DNA from: Candidatus Saccharimonadales bacterium
GTDB taxonomy: Bacteria; Patescibacteriota; Saccharimonadia; QS-5-54-17
Length of the DNA stretch: 64,000 nucleotides
Assembly (NCBI GenBank): GCA_040903985.1
Contig: JBBDUI010000002.1
Span: 390,038 to 454,037 of the forward strand
Reading direction: 5' to 3'
Shown: positions 1 to 9,901 of the stretch, piece by piece
How the letters are laid out: every line of letters starts with the position of its first letter
How positions within the stretch are numbered: position 1 is the first letter of the stretch
Made by a program: the position numbers and the translations under genes
Notes under the pieces: generated by a model
What the model saw: only the letters and a program-made list of their open reading frames with translations
The model's database searches: none
Told to the model about the DNA's origin: nothing

Positions 1-1490
1 CCGACGCCCGGGTAGAAGAAATTAACACCACCGATGAAGGGGAGACGGTACGGACCGAGGACACTAGCCGCAGTAACAACATTAATCAGATTACCGAAGA
101 GATTAAGGCCAACCCTAGCGAATCGCGTACGATTGCTCGCCGAGCAGCTCGCCGTGTATCTAGTAGCGCCGTAGTAGCCACCGTTATGGTTGGCTGTTTA
201 AGTGCCGCTTACGATGATCTCATACCCGACGACCAAGAGCTTTATGAGACCCTCCTCACCACTGCAGCTAATTTCATGACTGCCGGCTCTCAACTAGCCC
301 ACGGCGAAGAGGTCCATGGTGACGAGATAGCCGACACCCTGTCAGCTTACGAGGACACTATCGAGTCCGATCGCGAGTTCACTGCTGAAGGTGAGGGCGC
401 CATAGTAGAAGGGGAAGGCACTGTGCACCGTAGCTTCTCTAATTCTGCAGCCTGGAAGCGTGCTACTAATCAGCCGACTACCGGTAACGAAGAAGATGCC
501 GATCTGGCTTATGACGAGATGGTAAATATCGGCCTTTTGAGTAGTACTTTCCGTTACATTGGAGGAGCCGTTAACACCGTACCGGGGACCAGAGCTGTCT
601 GCTCATTTATCGGTAATCCGGTAGTAGGTTTTGTCGCTACTGCCGGGGAAGGCATTGCCGCTTTTATGAGTGGTGGTACTACCGCCGCCATTAAGGTCGC
701 CCTCCGCGAAGGAGCCTTCATCGCCTCACTAGCTTTTCTCTTCGAACAGGTCTCATTTGAGTCAATTATCCCGGACGGACCAGAGATGCTCATGGCCACC
801 ACCGATATGGGTATGAACCTCAGTCAGTCAGAATTTGCCCGCTCTCAAGGTGCACCGCCGGTTAGTAGCGGTATAGCTAATGCCTTGCGCGCTGATCACT
901 ATAAACAACTAGGCATGGAGGACCGTGCCCGGGGTATAGCCTGGCGCTACTTCTCCCTCGACAATCCGCGCTCGACCCTCACCAACATCGCCATGACCCA
1001 TAATTTCTCCTGGTCAACCCTTACACGTAGTATGGCCAGCCTACCTAACAGGCTATCCTCGCTCATAACCAATGCTTTGTTTACGTCGACAGCAGCAAAT
1101 GAAGAGTTTCACAACTACAATATCCAACAGTATGCCTTTACTTACAGTGATCTCGATGTAGATCCACTAGAGAATGCCGCCTACGTCGAAAGTGCCCTGC
1201 ACTGTGGTGGTGGAATTGATATTCTAGCGAGCGATAACTGTACCACCGATAAAACCACTGAGGGTGAATTAATGCTAAAGATATATGATGAATGCATAAG
1301 AACTAGCCGCGCCTATTGGCAGATTAAAGATAGTCGGCTATGTACTAAACCAACTAGTAGCGAAAGAGCTGCTTGGGTTAAGGTAGGAGTATGGAATCTA
1401 GATCATAGCCTAGTAGACTCCCTAGAGTGTTTAAGTCACGACAAGCCCTGCACGCAAAATAGTAGCCGCAGTCTGAATGAGGAAATATAG
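1..1490 (+). CDS. Large hypothetical membrane/secreted protein, 5'-truncated by the window edge
   Basis: The frame of ORF 186..1490 is open back to position 3. It has hydrophobic segments and a Cys-containing C-terminus, and its stop overlaps the next start. Confidence 0.7.
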   Translation, partial: DARVEEINTTDEGETVRTEDTSRSNNINQITEEIKANPSESRTIARRAARRVSSSAVVATVMVGCLSAAYDDLIPDDQELYETLLTTAANFMTAGSQLAHGEEVHGDEIADTLSAYEDTIESDREFTAEGEGAIVEGEGTVHRSFSNSAAWKRATNQPTTGNEEDADLAYDEMVNIGLLSSTFRYIGGAVNTVPGTRAVCSFIGNPVVGFVATAGEGIAAFMSGGTTAAIKVALREGAFIASLAFLFEQVSFESIIPDGPEMLMATTDMGMNLSQSEFARSQGAPPVSSGIANALRADHYKQLGMEDRARGIAWRYFSLDNPRSTLTNIAMTHNFSWSTLTRSMASLPNRLSSLITNALFTSTAANEEFHNYNIQQYAFTYSDLDVDPLENAAYVESALHCGGGIDILASDNCTTDKTTEGELMLKIYDECIRTSRAYWQIKDSRLCTKPTSSERAAWVKVGVWNLDHSLVDSLECLSHDKPCTQNSSRSLNEEI

Positions 1491-2803
1491 TGAACTTACT
1501 AACTAAGCTCGCATCACTTAAGTGGGGCAACTTACTTCGATTCATTAGTATGGTGTTGTTACTGATCGGCACTTCTGTGCCGGCTCAGGCAATTACGGAC
1601 GAGGACTTACGGGCGATTAATAAAGATGCGGTTTACTATGGTGGGGAGACTATCGGTCAACAGCTTTGTGGTACGATAGCCACCGATCAATACCCTGTAC
1701 TTACCCCTGAAATTCGGGATGCAGAAACATTAGCTGGAGCAATTGACGAGTATATCGATAATAACTACAGCGACTCTCCTTTTAGGGATATGGGTAAATA
1801 CTTTGTAGAAGGAGGGATGCGTGCCGGCATTAATCCTGTCTTAGCGGTTGCTCTTACCAAACACGAGAGTGGTATGGGCACCAACGAGAAAACGACTGCT
1901 CTTGAAGCAAATAATGGATTTGGGCGAACTGCTAATGCAAGAACTCAGCCGTATGTACAGCCCTCGTCACGTGTTTGGTACGCCTGGGATAGTTGGCAGG
2001 ACAGTCTATATAGCCCCATCTATCCGGCTGACGGTACAGTTAGCCAACCCGATGATATATTTCAATATATCGCTCGACGCTATGAGGGTAATCTTGAGCG
2101 CGGTTTAGAAGCTTTTCTCGAGGGACGAGGCAGTGTAGCTGGATATGCTCCTAGTTCTGATGGCAACAATGTAGCGGACTATGTCAAAGATGTTACCAAT
2201 GTTACCAATGAAATCGCCGAACTAGCCGGCAGTGCTATCGATCTCACTCGTATAAATCCAGGAGGTGGTAGCTGTGGCGCCCTAGGTGACGTTGTCCAGA
2301 CCGCATTATTGTACGCCTGGCCCGACTACCGCTCACCCCCATACACAAACATGAAGCCGGAGTACGAGCAGGCGATTCGCTCGGCTATAGGACGCGACGA
2401 GTATGTGGGTGGAGGAGTATATCCCGGGATTGACTGTGGCGGATTCGTAATCCGCACTATACGTGACAGTGGCTTAGACCGTGAGTATGGGGGGTATGGA
2501 GGTACCGATACTCAACATCGCTATCTAGAGCAAAGCTCCAATTGGCAGAAAGTAGCTGTTTCAAGTACTGCCGATTTGGCGCCAGGGGATGTAGCCATCA
2601 GATCAGCGTGGTATAGCGGTGCGAGGGGACACACATACATGTATGTCGGTGAACAACCAGGATTTGAGACGCACGTTGCTTCGGCTTCTTATGGTGGGAA
2701 CAGGAATAGTGTTAACTGGCGGACACCGATGGCTGGCTATGAGAATGTTCTGGGTGGTGACTGGAGCTGGTATCGTTTCGTAGGAGGGGGGGGTGATGAA
2801 TAA
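1490..2803 (+). CDS. Secreted bifunctional peptidoglycan hydrolase (lysozyme/glucosaminidase-like plus NlpC/P60-CHAP-like amidase)
   Basis: Signal peptide ending in AQA. Lysozyme-like motifs ALTKHESG, NNGFG and YAPSSDGNN. C-terminal DCGGFV...PGD...GHT Cys/His dyad. Confidence 0.75.
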   Translation: MNLLTKLASLKWGNLLRFISMVLLLIGTSVPAQAITDEDLRAINKDAVYYGGETIGQQLCGTIATDQYPVLTPEIRDAETLAGAIDEYIDNNYSDSPFRDMGKYFVEGGMRAGINPVLAVALTKHESGMGTNEKTTALEANNGFGRTANARTQPYVQPSSRVWYAWDSWQDSLYSPIYPADGTVSQPDDIFQYIARRYEGNLERGLEAFLEGRGSVAGYAPSSDGNNVADYVKDVTNVTNEIAELAGSAIDLTRINPGGGSCGALGDVVQTALLYAWPDYRSPPYTNMKPEYEQAIRSAIGRDEYVGGGVYPGIDCGGFVIRTIRDSGLDREYGGYGGTDTQHRYLEQSSNWQKVAVSSTADLAPGDVAIRSAWYSGARGHTYMYVGEQPGFETHVASASYGGNRNSVNWRTPMAGYENVLGGDWSWYRFVGGGGDE

Positions 2804-3395
2804 AATCTTAGACTGGATAGCAGGTCATCCACTAGTGTCTGCCGGAATTGTATTTAGCTTTCTGCTACTCCCGCTACTTATATCTTTTATTAGCACTTAC
2901 GGCAAAACCGAGGTGGACCTAGTGATAGCTCCGAGCGACGCTACAATAACTATCGATGGAGAGCGCGGTGCAAATGGCATTAATCATCTCGCTCCAGGGG
3001 ATTATATTGTAGTTGCGGCTCATGAAGGGTTTGAAAGCAGCGAAATCTCTATAACCGTCACCGAAGCACCCCTACAGGTACCGCTATCGTTGAAACCTGT
3101 ATCCGATGCAGCGTGGCGCTTAATTCAAGAGGATGATCGATTCTTAGAGGTAGAAGGATTAGCAGGTAGGCAAGCACAGGAAGATGGAAGGGAAATTCGT
3201 AGTCAACACCCTATTATCAACCATCTGCCTTACCGCAGTCTTATCTTCAATATCGATTACCGCCTAGACAATAATGAAGACGAACTTGTACTTATCATCA
3301 CCGCAGAGACTGAAGCAGATCGCGAATACGCTCGCGCCCAGATAGAGAACTGGGGTTATAATATCGATGACTTTTTGATCGAGTACCGGAACTAA
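2793..3395 (+). CDS. Membrane-anchored PEGA-like domain protein
   Basis: N-terminal TM helix followed by the PEGA-like pattern APSDATITIDG...LAPGDY...HEGF. Confidence 0.65.
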   Translation: MMNKILDWIAGHPLVSAGIVFSFLLLPLLISFISTYGKTEVDLVIAPSDATITIDGERGANGINHLAPGDYIVVAAHEGFESSEISITVTEAPLQVPLSLKPVSDAAWRLIQEDDRFLEVEGLAGRQAQEDGREIRSQHPIINHLPYRSLIFNIDYRLDNNEDELVLIITAETEADREYARAQIENWGYNIDDFLIEYRN

Positions 3396-3397
3396 GT

Positions 3398-3655
3398 TTA
3401 CTCGATCCTAACTTTAATCTCCGTGATCTCAAACTTTTTTAGTCGTTTAATTAAGCCGACCTGACGCAAGCGAATATCGTTCGCTACTGCACTGGAAGGG
3501 GTAGATATCGACAGTAAACCATCCTGGAGCTTCTTGGCCCGTACCCGGCCTAGATACTTTTCGTTTAGTACTTCCTGGATAGCTGCTAGCTGATCTCCTC
3601 GTTCTAGATCAAAGCTATCTGCCCGCGCCTTAAGTATGTCGTCTAAATTCATCAT
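3398..3655 (-). CDS. dciA: DciA/DUF721 family protein (helicase-loader associated)
   Basis: Directly downstream of recF. Motif DGLLSISTPSSAVANDIR...LIKRL...ITEIKVRI. Start re-placed to the ATG at 3655, just after the recF stop. Confidence 0.65.
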   Translation of the reverse strand: MMNLDDILKARADSFDLERGDQLAAIQEVLNEKYLGRVRAKKLQDGLLSISTPSSAVANDIRLRQVGLIKRLKKFEITEIKVRIE

Positions 3656-3656
3656 C

Positions 3657-4688
3657 TTATAGCTGTATCCTAGCATGCTCGCCGATGTCGCTTGGCATCG
3701 TAGTCGAAGTTACGATCGTCTGTACGTCTGTGATGTCACTGAGGAGCTTCTGTTGCCGGCTCTCGTCCAATTCACTTAGTACATCGTCTAGAAGTAGTAT
3801 CGGCTCGCTCCGGGCGTGTCGGCGCATATACGCTAACTCACACATAGTAAGAGCCAGCATAGCGGTCCGGTTCTCCCCACGAGAGCCGTGCTGCGCGAGG
3901 GGGAGCCCATTATAGGTAAGGAGGATATCGTCCCGGTGTGGTCCCACTCCAGTACTACCCATCCGTCGATCTTGCACTAGTCTCTGCTGCAACAAAGCAA
4001 GTAGCTGCTCCCGGTAATCCTTAGCTGGTATATTCGTGCGGTAGCGTAAACCGACCTTATCTTCGGTATGAGCGATAGAGCGATACTGCTGGGGGATACT
4101 CTTGGCAACCGCCGCTACTAAACTGCGACGACGTTTAACGATATATTCTGCCTGCTCGCTGAGAATCACGTCCCAGGCGAACAGTTGCTCCTGGTTGATA
4201 TGGGTACGACGCAACAGATTATTACGCTGACGCAGACTACGGCGATAATGCAGTAGTGCTCGTAAATACTGCCGATCGGTAAAGCTTAGTACTCGGTCCA
4301 ACCACTGACGACGCAGAGTTGGCGGGCCCGTCACCATATCTAAATGATTCGGCTCAAACAGTACTACCGGTAGCGTACCTAAATATTCTTGGGGTGAGAC
4401 CGCGTCCTCGTTAAATAGCATGGTCTTTTGGCTATCCTGCCATTTCATCGCTACCGTCTCGTTCGAATCTAGTTTTGCTTCGATCCGAAACCAATCACTC
4501 CCAGTCTGCACGGTCGTAGCTAGAGGCCCCCGAAAACTCTTCGTCATACTTAGAGTATAGATCGCCTCGAGAATATTAGTCTTGCCACTACCGTTAGCCC
4601 CAACAATTGCCGTCATCTTTGGGTTAAACTCAAATTCTACTTTATTATAAGAACGAAAATTATTTAGTTGTAGTTTATTAATAGCCAT
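3657..4688 (-). CDS. recF: DNA replication/repair protein RecF
   Basis: NFRSY, Walker A GANGSGKTN, GPHRDD, GSRGE and Walker B LLLDDVLSELD. Confidence 0.97.
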   Translation of the reverse strand: MAINKLQLNNFRSYNKVEFEFNPKMTAIVGANGSGKTNILEAIYTLSMTKSFRGPLATTVQTGSDWFRIEAKLDSNETVAMKWQDSQKTMLFNEDAVSPQEYLGTLPVVLFEPNHLDMVTGPPTLRRQWLDRVLSFTDRQYLRALLHYRRSLRQRNNLLRRTHINQEQLFAWDVILSEQAEYIVKRRRSLVAAVAKSIPQQYRSIAHTEDKVGLRYRTNIPAKDYREQLLALLQQRLVQDRRMGSTGVGPHRDDILLTYNGLPLAQHGSRGENRTAMLALTMCELAYMRRHARSEPILLLDDVLSELDESRQQKLLSDITDVQTIVTSTTMPSDIGEHARIQL

Positions 4689-4770
4689 GCTCTCAGTATA
4701 ACCAATGTAGCTAAGTAAAAGGTGGGGGGTTAACTTGACAGTAAGGATAAATATTTTATATTATAAATGT

Positions 4771-5262
4771 ATGGATAAAAGTAAACGTGGGCAAATGTTT
4801 AGTGAGGCCCTATCTCGTCATGCCCAAAACGAAAGGCAAGCCGAAGCTGAGCATATGAAGCGCCTACGTGAGATAGAGGCACGACAGGATACAATAGAAC
4901 TAGCGAAATTAGCCGCATTTAAACTAAGGCGAGATAATATACCAACTAATATGGTCGGACGTCTTGAGAAAAGGTTACCACGAATATTATCATCTAAAAC
5001 ACGTGTTGAAATAACGAACATCCGCGGCTGGGGCTTTCTTCATAGTGAGGCTAGTAGCTCAGAAGGACCTTCTATATTCCAAGGTTATATTATAACTCCG
5101 GATGGACAAGTCTATAATTATGGTGGTTATGGAGGGGTGCCGGATGTCTATTTACGATACACTGACTCGAAACCCCCTGACGCTGCTGGCGTAGAAGCTG
5201 TGATTCAACAGGGAATTATAGACATGTTGGTTGAAAAAGGCATCACAGATTTAGGTGATTAG
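4771..5262 (+). CDS. Hypothetical protein inserted between dnaN and recF
   Basis: Open frame with its own promoter (TTGACA 4735-4740, TATTAT 4759-4764, 6 nt before ATG 4771). Confidence 0.65.
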   Translation: MDKSKRGQMFSEALSRHAQNERQAEAEHMKRLREIEARQDTIELAKLAAFKLRRDNIPTNMVGRLEKRLPRILSSKTRVEITNIRGWGFLHSEASSSEGPSIFQGYIITPDGQVYNYGGYGGVPDVYLRYTDSKPPDAAGVEAVIQQGIIDMLVEKGITDLGD

Positions 5263-5291
5263 GTGGTATAAACCTAAGCCCCCACTCAAGT

Positions 5292-6383
5292 CTAAGACCT
5301 GAGTGGCATCACAATATGGAGATACGATTCATCACCGGTCGGCTTAATGATACAGGCGCTAACCTTTCCGGTCAGACCGATCTCGATAGTATCGGTACCT
5401 ATAACTGATAGGGCGTCAGAAACGTAACGACCGTTCAGTGAGATCTCTATCGGATCACCACTAACTTCGGCTGATATCTCCGAATTGTTCTCGCCTACCT
5501 GAGAAGTAATTGAACGCATCGATAGGGCGCTACCGGTTACACTTAGATTAACACTGCCGGCGTTTTCCCGGGCGAAGAGACTGGTAACTTTAGTGATATT
5601 GCGCAACTGCTTAGTCTCAACCACAGCGCGGGTCGGTACTTCCTCGGGAATTAACTGGCGATAGTTAGGGAATTGACCGTCGATTAAGCGGGAGACTAAC
5701 TCTACATCGCCAAAATGGAAGCTGATCTGATTCTCATCGATCGCGATATCGATGTTTTTCACTGTCGCATCATCAATCATTCGCAGAATCTCCGCGATAG
5801 TGCGGGAGGGAATGATCACGCTGCACTCTCCCTCAAATTCCATCACTTGCTTCTCTGCTAGACGATAACTATCGGTAGCTACAGCGTAGAGACTACCCTC
5901 AGTAGTGTAGAGATAAACCCCAGTTAAGACCGGCCGGCTATCGTCACTGGAAGCTACTCCTACCACTTGAGATAGCGCCGTCTTAAACGTCTCCACTGGA
6001 ATCTGCATTTTAATATCACCGTCAACCTCCGGAATCGAAGGAAATTCATCGGCGTCGATCCCGTTAATCTTAGACTGAAAGCTGTCACTACGAATCTGGG
6101 CGGTCGACTTCTCGACGGAGATATCGATGTTACCACTAGGTAGATTAGAGATGTACTCACTTAAGAGCTTAGCTGGAACGGTAATGTCTCCTTCTGCTTC
6201 GACTTTAGCTCCGATCCAGTAGGTGACACCGATCTCTAAGTTAGTAGCAGCTAGCTTTAAACGATTATCCTGCGTTCTAAGTAAAACGTTGCCCAGTACA
6301 GGGAGGGTCGTGCGACTACCAACTACGCGGGCGACTGCGTTCAATGCTTTGTGTAGATTTTCCTGAGTGATACTTACCTGCAT
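5292..6383 (-). CDS. dnaN: DNA polymerase III beta sliding clamp
   Basis: ATNLE, RPVLTGV, ATDSYRLA, RLIDGQFPNY and C-terminal VMPLR motifs; lies next to dnaA. Confidence 0.98.
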   Translation of the reverse strand: MQVSITQENLHKALNAVARVVGSRTTLPVLGNVLLRTQDNRLKLAATNLEIGVTYWIGAKVEAEGDITVPAKLLSEYISNLPSGNIDISVEKSTAQIRSDSFQSKINGIDADEFPSIPEVDGDIKMQIPVETFKTALSQVVGVASSDDSRPVLTGVYLYTTEGSLYAVATDSYRLAEKQVMEFEGECSVIIPSRTIAEILRMIDDATVKNIDIAIDENQISFHFGDVELVSRLIDGQFPNYRQLIPEEVPTRAVVETKQLRNITKVTSLFARENAGSVNLSVTGSALSMRSITSQVGENNSEISAEVSGDPIEISLNGRYVSDALSVIGTDTIEIGLTGKVSACIIKPTGDESYLHIVMPLRS

Positions 6384-6736
6384 AGTAATAAATCCTTTAT
6401 ATTAACTTCGTTGTTGTTATTAGGGCTGTGGAAACTGTGGGAAAACTGACCAAACGGCTTACCGGAGCCTGTGTGATATAGATCACAATGTGGACGAGCC
6501 TGTGCAAGCCGTGCGGTAAACGTGGGGGTAAAATTACAAACAAATCAACCATTTTACAGGGGTTGATAGAGGTCAATATTGTGCACATTTTGTGCACAGA
6601 TTTACGCACCAACTCCACGGTTTTGTCGCAACTTGCCCACAGCCCTAGGTCTGGATTAGTGGCCATACCTTGATCACCATTATCAATGCTAGCCCCAGTT
6701 TTATAGGATCTACCCTCTAGTTTTAAGCTAAATTTC
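6384..6736. other. oriC: Replication origin, dnaA-dnaN part (DnaA boxes plus putative unwinding element)
   Basis: Tandem DnaA-box-like TGTGGAAAC (6427-6435) and TGTGGGAAA (6436-6444). Further degenerate boxes up to ~6640 and an AT-rich tract next to dnaN. Confidence 0.8.
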
Positions 6737-8065
6737 TTAGGCATAAAGGTGCTCCTTGATTTCAAATACCGCCTGTCGCAGCGAGGTGTCTTTCTGGATG
6801 GCATTATCAATCTTGCTAACTGAATGCATAGCGGTGGTATGGTCTTTGCGGCCACAGGCCCGCGCGATGGCCGGGAAGCTTAAGTGTAGTTCTTGGCGCA
6901 TGAGGTACATAGCAATCTGCCGCGGTTCCGATATCGTCTTCTCTCGCCGTGGCCCGATAATATCGTCGATCGCAATATTGAAAAACCGCGCCGTCTTGTC
7001 GATGATGTGCTTGTCGGTTAACCGTTGCTTGCGAGCCGGATTAGCCCCGAGCACCTGCTCGACCACGCTCAGAGTTAGCTCTTGGCGGGTCATCTCACAG
7101 TGAGCCAGTACCTTGGTCAGTGCACCTTCTAGCTCTCGCACGTTAGACTGGATGTGGGTGGCTAAATATTCACCGACATCGGGTGCGACGCGCATACCGT
7201 GTTGGTGAGCTTTGGTCTGGATGATGGCGACACGGGTCTCGAAGTCAGGAGCTTGGATATCGGCCGTCATGCCCCACTCGAAGCGGGGGGGCAGCCGCTC
7301 TTCCAGGGTCGGAATCGCCTTAGGTGGTTTATCGGAAGAAATAATAATCTGTTTATTTGCTTGATGAAGCGCATTAAAGGTGTGGAAAAACTCTTCCTCC
7401 GTCTTTTCCTTGCCGGCAATGAACTGCATGTCATCGACAATCAGTACGTCGGCCTGGCGGTAGTGATCGGAAAAAGTTTTCTTGCGCAGGATACTAGCGA
7501 TGAACTCAGTAGCGAACTGTTCACTGGTGATGTAGGCGATAACGGCATCGGGGTTATCGGCACAGATATGGTTGCCGATAGCCTGGATGAGGTGGGTTTT
7601 GCCCAAACCCACACCGCCATAGATAAAGAAGGGGTTGTACTTATTTCCCGGATCGCGGGCGATAGCTTGGGCTGCGGCGTAGGCCAGTTCATTACTAGCC
7701 CCGACTACGAAATTATCGAAGGTGTATTTACTGTTTAAGTTGTTTTCCGGCACTTTCTTTCGTGGCCGCACGCTCCAGTCGGTCGAGGGCTGCTTGATGG
7801 AGTCTAGCTCGGTCTCCGGCGGCGGAGCCTGGATAACGAATGACAGTTGGTCTGGCGTAACTCCGTTTTTCTTCAGAGTCGATTCAAGTAGGGGGCGGTA
7901 TTTATCTTCTAGTTGACGTTTGGCAAATACGCTCGGTACTCCGATCACTATTTCACCGGCCTCTCGCTTAATGAGGTTTGTGTTTTGGAACCAAGTGGCG
8001 AAACTGGCTCGGGGAATTGTAACTTCGATTTCTCCGAGTACGGCTTGCCATAGTGCGTCTGCCAA
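6737..8065 (-). CDS. dnaA: Chromosomal replication initiator DnaA
   Basis: YTFDNFVVG, GGVGLGKTHL, DDMQF, EEFFHTFN, NVRELEGAL and KDHTT motifs. TTG start with SD GAGGAGG. Confidence 0.98.
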   Translation of the reverse strand: MADALWQAVLGEIEVTIPRASFATWFQNTNLIKREAGEIVIGVPSVFAKRQLEDKYRPLLESTLKKNGVTPDQLSFVIQAPPPETELDSIKQPSTDWSVRPRKKVPENNLNSKYTFDNFVVGASNELAYAAAQAIARDPGNKYNPFFIYGGVGLGKTHLIQAIGNHICADNPDAVIAYITSEQFATEFIASILRKKTFSDHYRQADVLIVDDMQFIAGKEKTEEEFFHTFNALHQANKQIIISSDKPPKAIPTLEERLPPRFEWGMTADIQAPDFETRVAIIQTKAHQHGMRVAPDVGEYLATHIQSNVRELEGALTKVLAHCEMTRQELTLSVVEQVLGANPARKQRLTDKHIIDKTARFFNIAIDDIIGPRREKTISEPRQIAMYLMRQELHLSFPAIARACGRKDHTTAMHSVSKIDNAIQKDTSLRQAVFEIKEHLYA

Positions 8066-8109
8066 CGCGCCCTCCTCACTTCAACTTCTACATCTAACTA
8101 TACTAATCA

Positions 8110-8335
8110 ATCCAGCGGCTTTCCACAAGCAGGTGATTAAAATCACAAAAACTCGGACTTTTTATCCACAGGTTAGCGCTCACCCCAGTTAATAGTGTGG
8201 ATAAAACCGAGTTGGGAGTGGAGAATAATACTGTGCTTCCCGAGAAAACCACTCTAAAGCCCCTAAATCGCGACTGTAAATTCGGGGCAATATTGTGTAC
8301 AACTTTACTCCCGTCGCGACTGTGGTAAGATTATT
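8110..8335. promoter_or_regulatory. DnaA-box cluster upstream of dnaA (second part of a bipartite oriC, dnaA/rpmH promoters)
   Basis: Perfect TTATCCACA at 8162-8170 and TGTGGATAA at 8196-8204. Near-matches around 8119 and 8321. Confidence 0.8.
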
Positions 8336-8385
8336 AGAGTCTAGTCCCATTCCGGGGCAAATAGTTAATCTATAAAGGTGGAGAG

Positions 8386-8523
8386 ATGCCGAAGCGAACA
8401 TACCAACCCAAAAAACGACACCGCAAGCGCGAGCACGGCTTCTTTGCCCGCATGGCCAATACGCAGAGCCGTAATATCCTCAAGCGCCGTCGCGCCAAAG
8501 GCCGCAAGCGACTGACGCACTGA
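8386..8523 (+). CDS. rpmH: 50S ribosomal protein L34 (missing from the ORF track)
   Basis: Manual translation gives [45 protein letters not shown]; divergent from dnaA. Confidence 0.97.
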   Translation: MPKRTYQPKKRHRKREHGFFARMANTQSRNILKRRRAKGRKRLTH

Positions 8524-8599
8524 ACCCATTAGAGAGGGGAGCGAGGCTGCACCAACCTATGACCTCACACCTAACATCTAAAATGTACTGCAAGAACCC

Positions 8600-8944
8600 G
8601 TGCTAGCACGAGAACTTCGCTTACGCCGGCGTAGCGACTTTGGTCGGCTTTACCGCCAGGGTCAGACCGTGCACGCGCGGACCTTTAGTTTGCGCTACGA
8701 CACCAACCAGCTCAACCACCCCCGCCTAGCCGTGGTGGTTAGCACTAAGGTGTCGAAGAGCGCAGTGGTGCGCAACCGTTTACGTCGCCGCTTTTATGCT
8801 CAGTTACGTGAGATTATCCCCGAGCTAACCCCAGACCACGACGTCGTTGTCTTAGTCCGCCACCAAGCTATCGATCAGTCCAGTCAGGATATCGGCCTTG
8901 ATCTGCGTAAGGCTCTCACTCACGCCAACCTCCTCAAGCTCTAA
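8600..8944 (+). CDS. rnpA: Ribonuclease P protein component
   Basis: RLAVVVSTKVSKSAVVRNRLRR motif; follows rpmH. Confidence 0.95.
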   Translation: MLARELRLRRRSDFGRLYRQGQTVHARTFSLRYDTNQLNHPRLAVVVSTKVSKSAVVRNRLRRRFYAQLREIIPELTPDHDVVVLVRHQAIDQSSQDIGLDLRKALTHANLLKL

Positions 8945-9017
8945 TAGTAGTAACTCTAAATCATATAGCTCTCTTGATTTGAGTTTATCCCTCTCTCGCC
9001 GTAAACTAGTATGAGTT

Positions 9018-9896
9018 ATGTTGCGAACTATTCTGTTAGAACCACTGTTAAACCTATTGCTGTTGTTCTACGCCCTTATCCCGGGCGGCGATTTTGGTGT
9101 AGCGATCATCATCCTAACTATCGTCATCCGCATTCTGCTCTGGCCGCTAGTTAAGAAGCAGCTATACCACCAGAAAGCGATGCGCGCACTGCAGCCGGAA
9201 ATCGCAAAACTGAAGAAAAAGGCGAAGGGCGACAAGCAGAAAGAGTCACAGATGATGCTAGAGCTCTTTAAGGAGCGGGAGGTTAATCCCTTCGGCTCGA
9301 TCGGTCTAGCTCTAGCCCAGTTTCCTATCTTAATCGCTTTATTCTATGTCCTTCGAGAGGTTGTGACCGGTGACATCGCTGCTTCTACCTACGGTTTCAT
9401 CCAGAACTTCCCAGCAATCTCCGAGATTATCGCTAATCCAGACGCTTTCGATCCGACCCTATTCGGCTACTTTCACATGGCCGAACGCTCTCTGATACTA
9501 GCTGCTCTGGCCGGTTTAGCTCAGTTCGTCCAGGCCAAGCAGATTACTCCCCAGAACACTATCGGCAGCGATCCAGCTGCCAAGCTCGGCTTCAATATGG
9601 TGATGATCTTTCCAGTCATCACAGTCGCTATCGCTGCCAGCCTGCCTTCGGCCCTAGCTCTTTACTGGGCCTTCGGTAGCTTGATCGCCATCATCCAGCA
9701 GCGTATCGTGCTAGGTGCCGACCTTAAGTTTATGCAGCGGCTGCGCGAGCGGAAAGTAAAGAAATCTCAGCCGACCGCTCAGGAAACGAAGACCCCGGCC
9801 AAGAAGACTCCCGCTAAGCCGTCGACCACTAAGAAGCCCGCCTCGAAAAAACCTAAAGCCTCCGCTAAGAAGACAGCTAATTCGAAGAAGGGGTAA
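9018..9896 (+). CDS. yidC: Membrane protein insertase YidC/Oxa1
   Basis: FGVAIIILTIVIR, LQPEI, VNPFG, QFPILIA and PSALALYW motifs; Lys-rich C-terminal tail. Confidence 0.95.
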   Translation: MLRTILLEPLLNLLLLFYALIPGGDFGVAIIILTIVIRILLWPLVKKQLYHQKAMRALQPEIAKLKKKAKGDKQKESQMMLELFKEREVNPFGSIGLALAQFPILIALFYVLREVVTGDIAASTYGFIQNFPAISEIIANPDAFDPTLFGYFHMAERSLILAALAGLAQFVQAKQITPQNTIGSDPAAKLGFNMVMIFPVITVAIAASLPSALALYWAFGSLIAIIQQRIVLGADLKFMQRLRERKVKKSQPTAQETKTPAKKTPAKPSTTKKPASKKPKASAKKTANSKKG

Positions 9897-9901
9897 GTCA
9901 T

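Noticed and set aside
6397-6855. 152-aa ORF across the dnaA-dnaN spacer
   Set aside because: It overlaps dnaA out of frame, covers the DnaA-box region and has no protein motifs.
9780-9896. PAKK-like repeats in the YidC tail
   Set aside because: Basic low-complexity tails are common in YidC/Oxa1 proteins.
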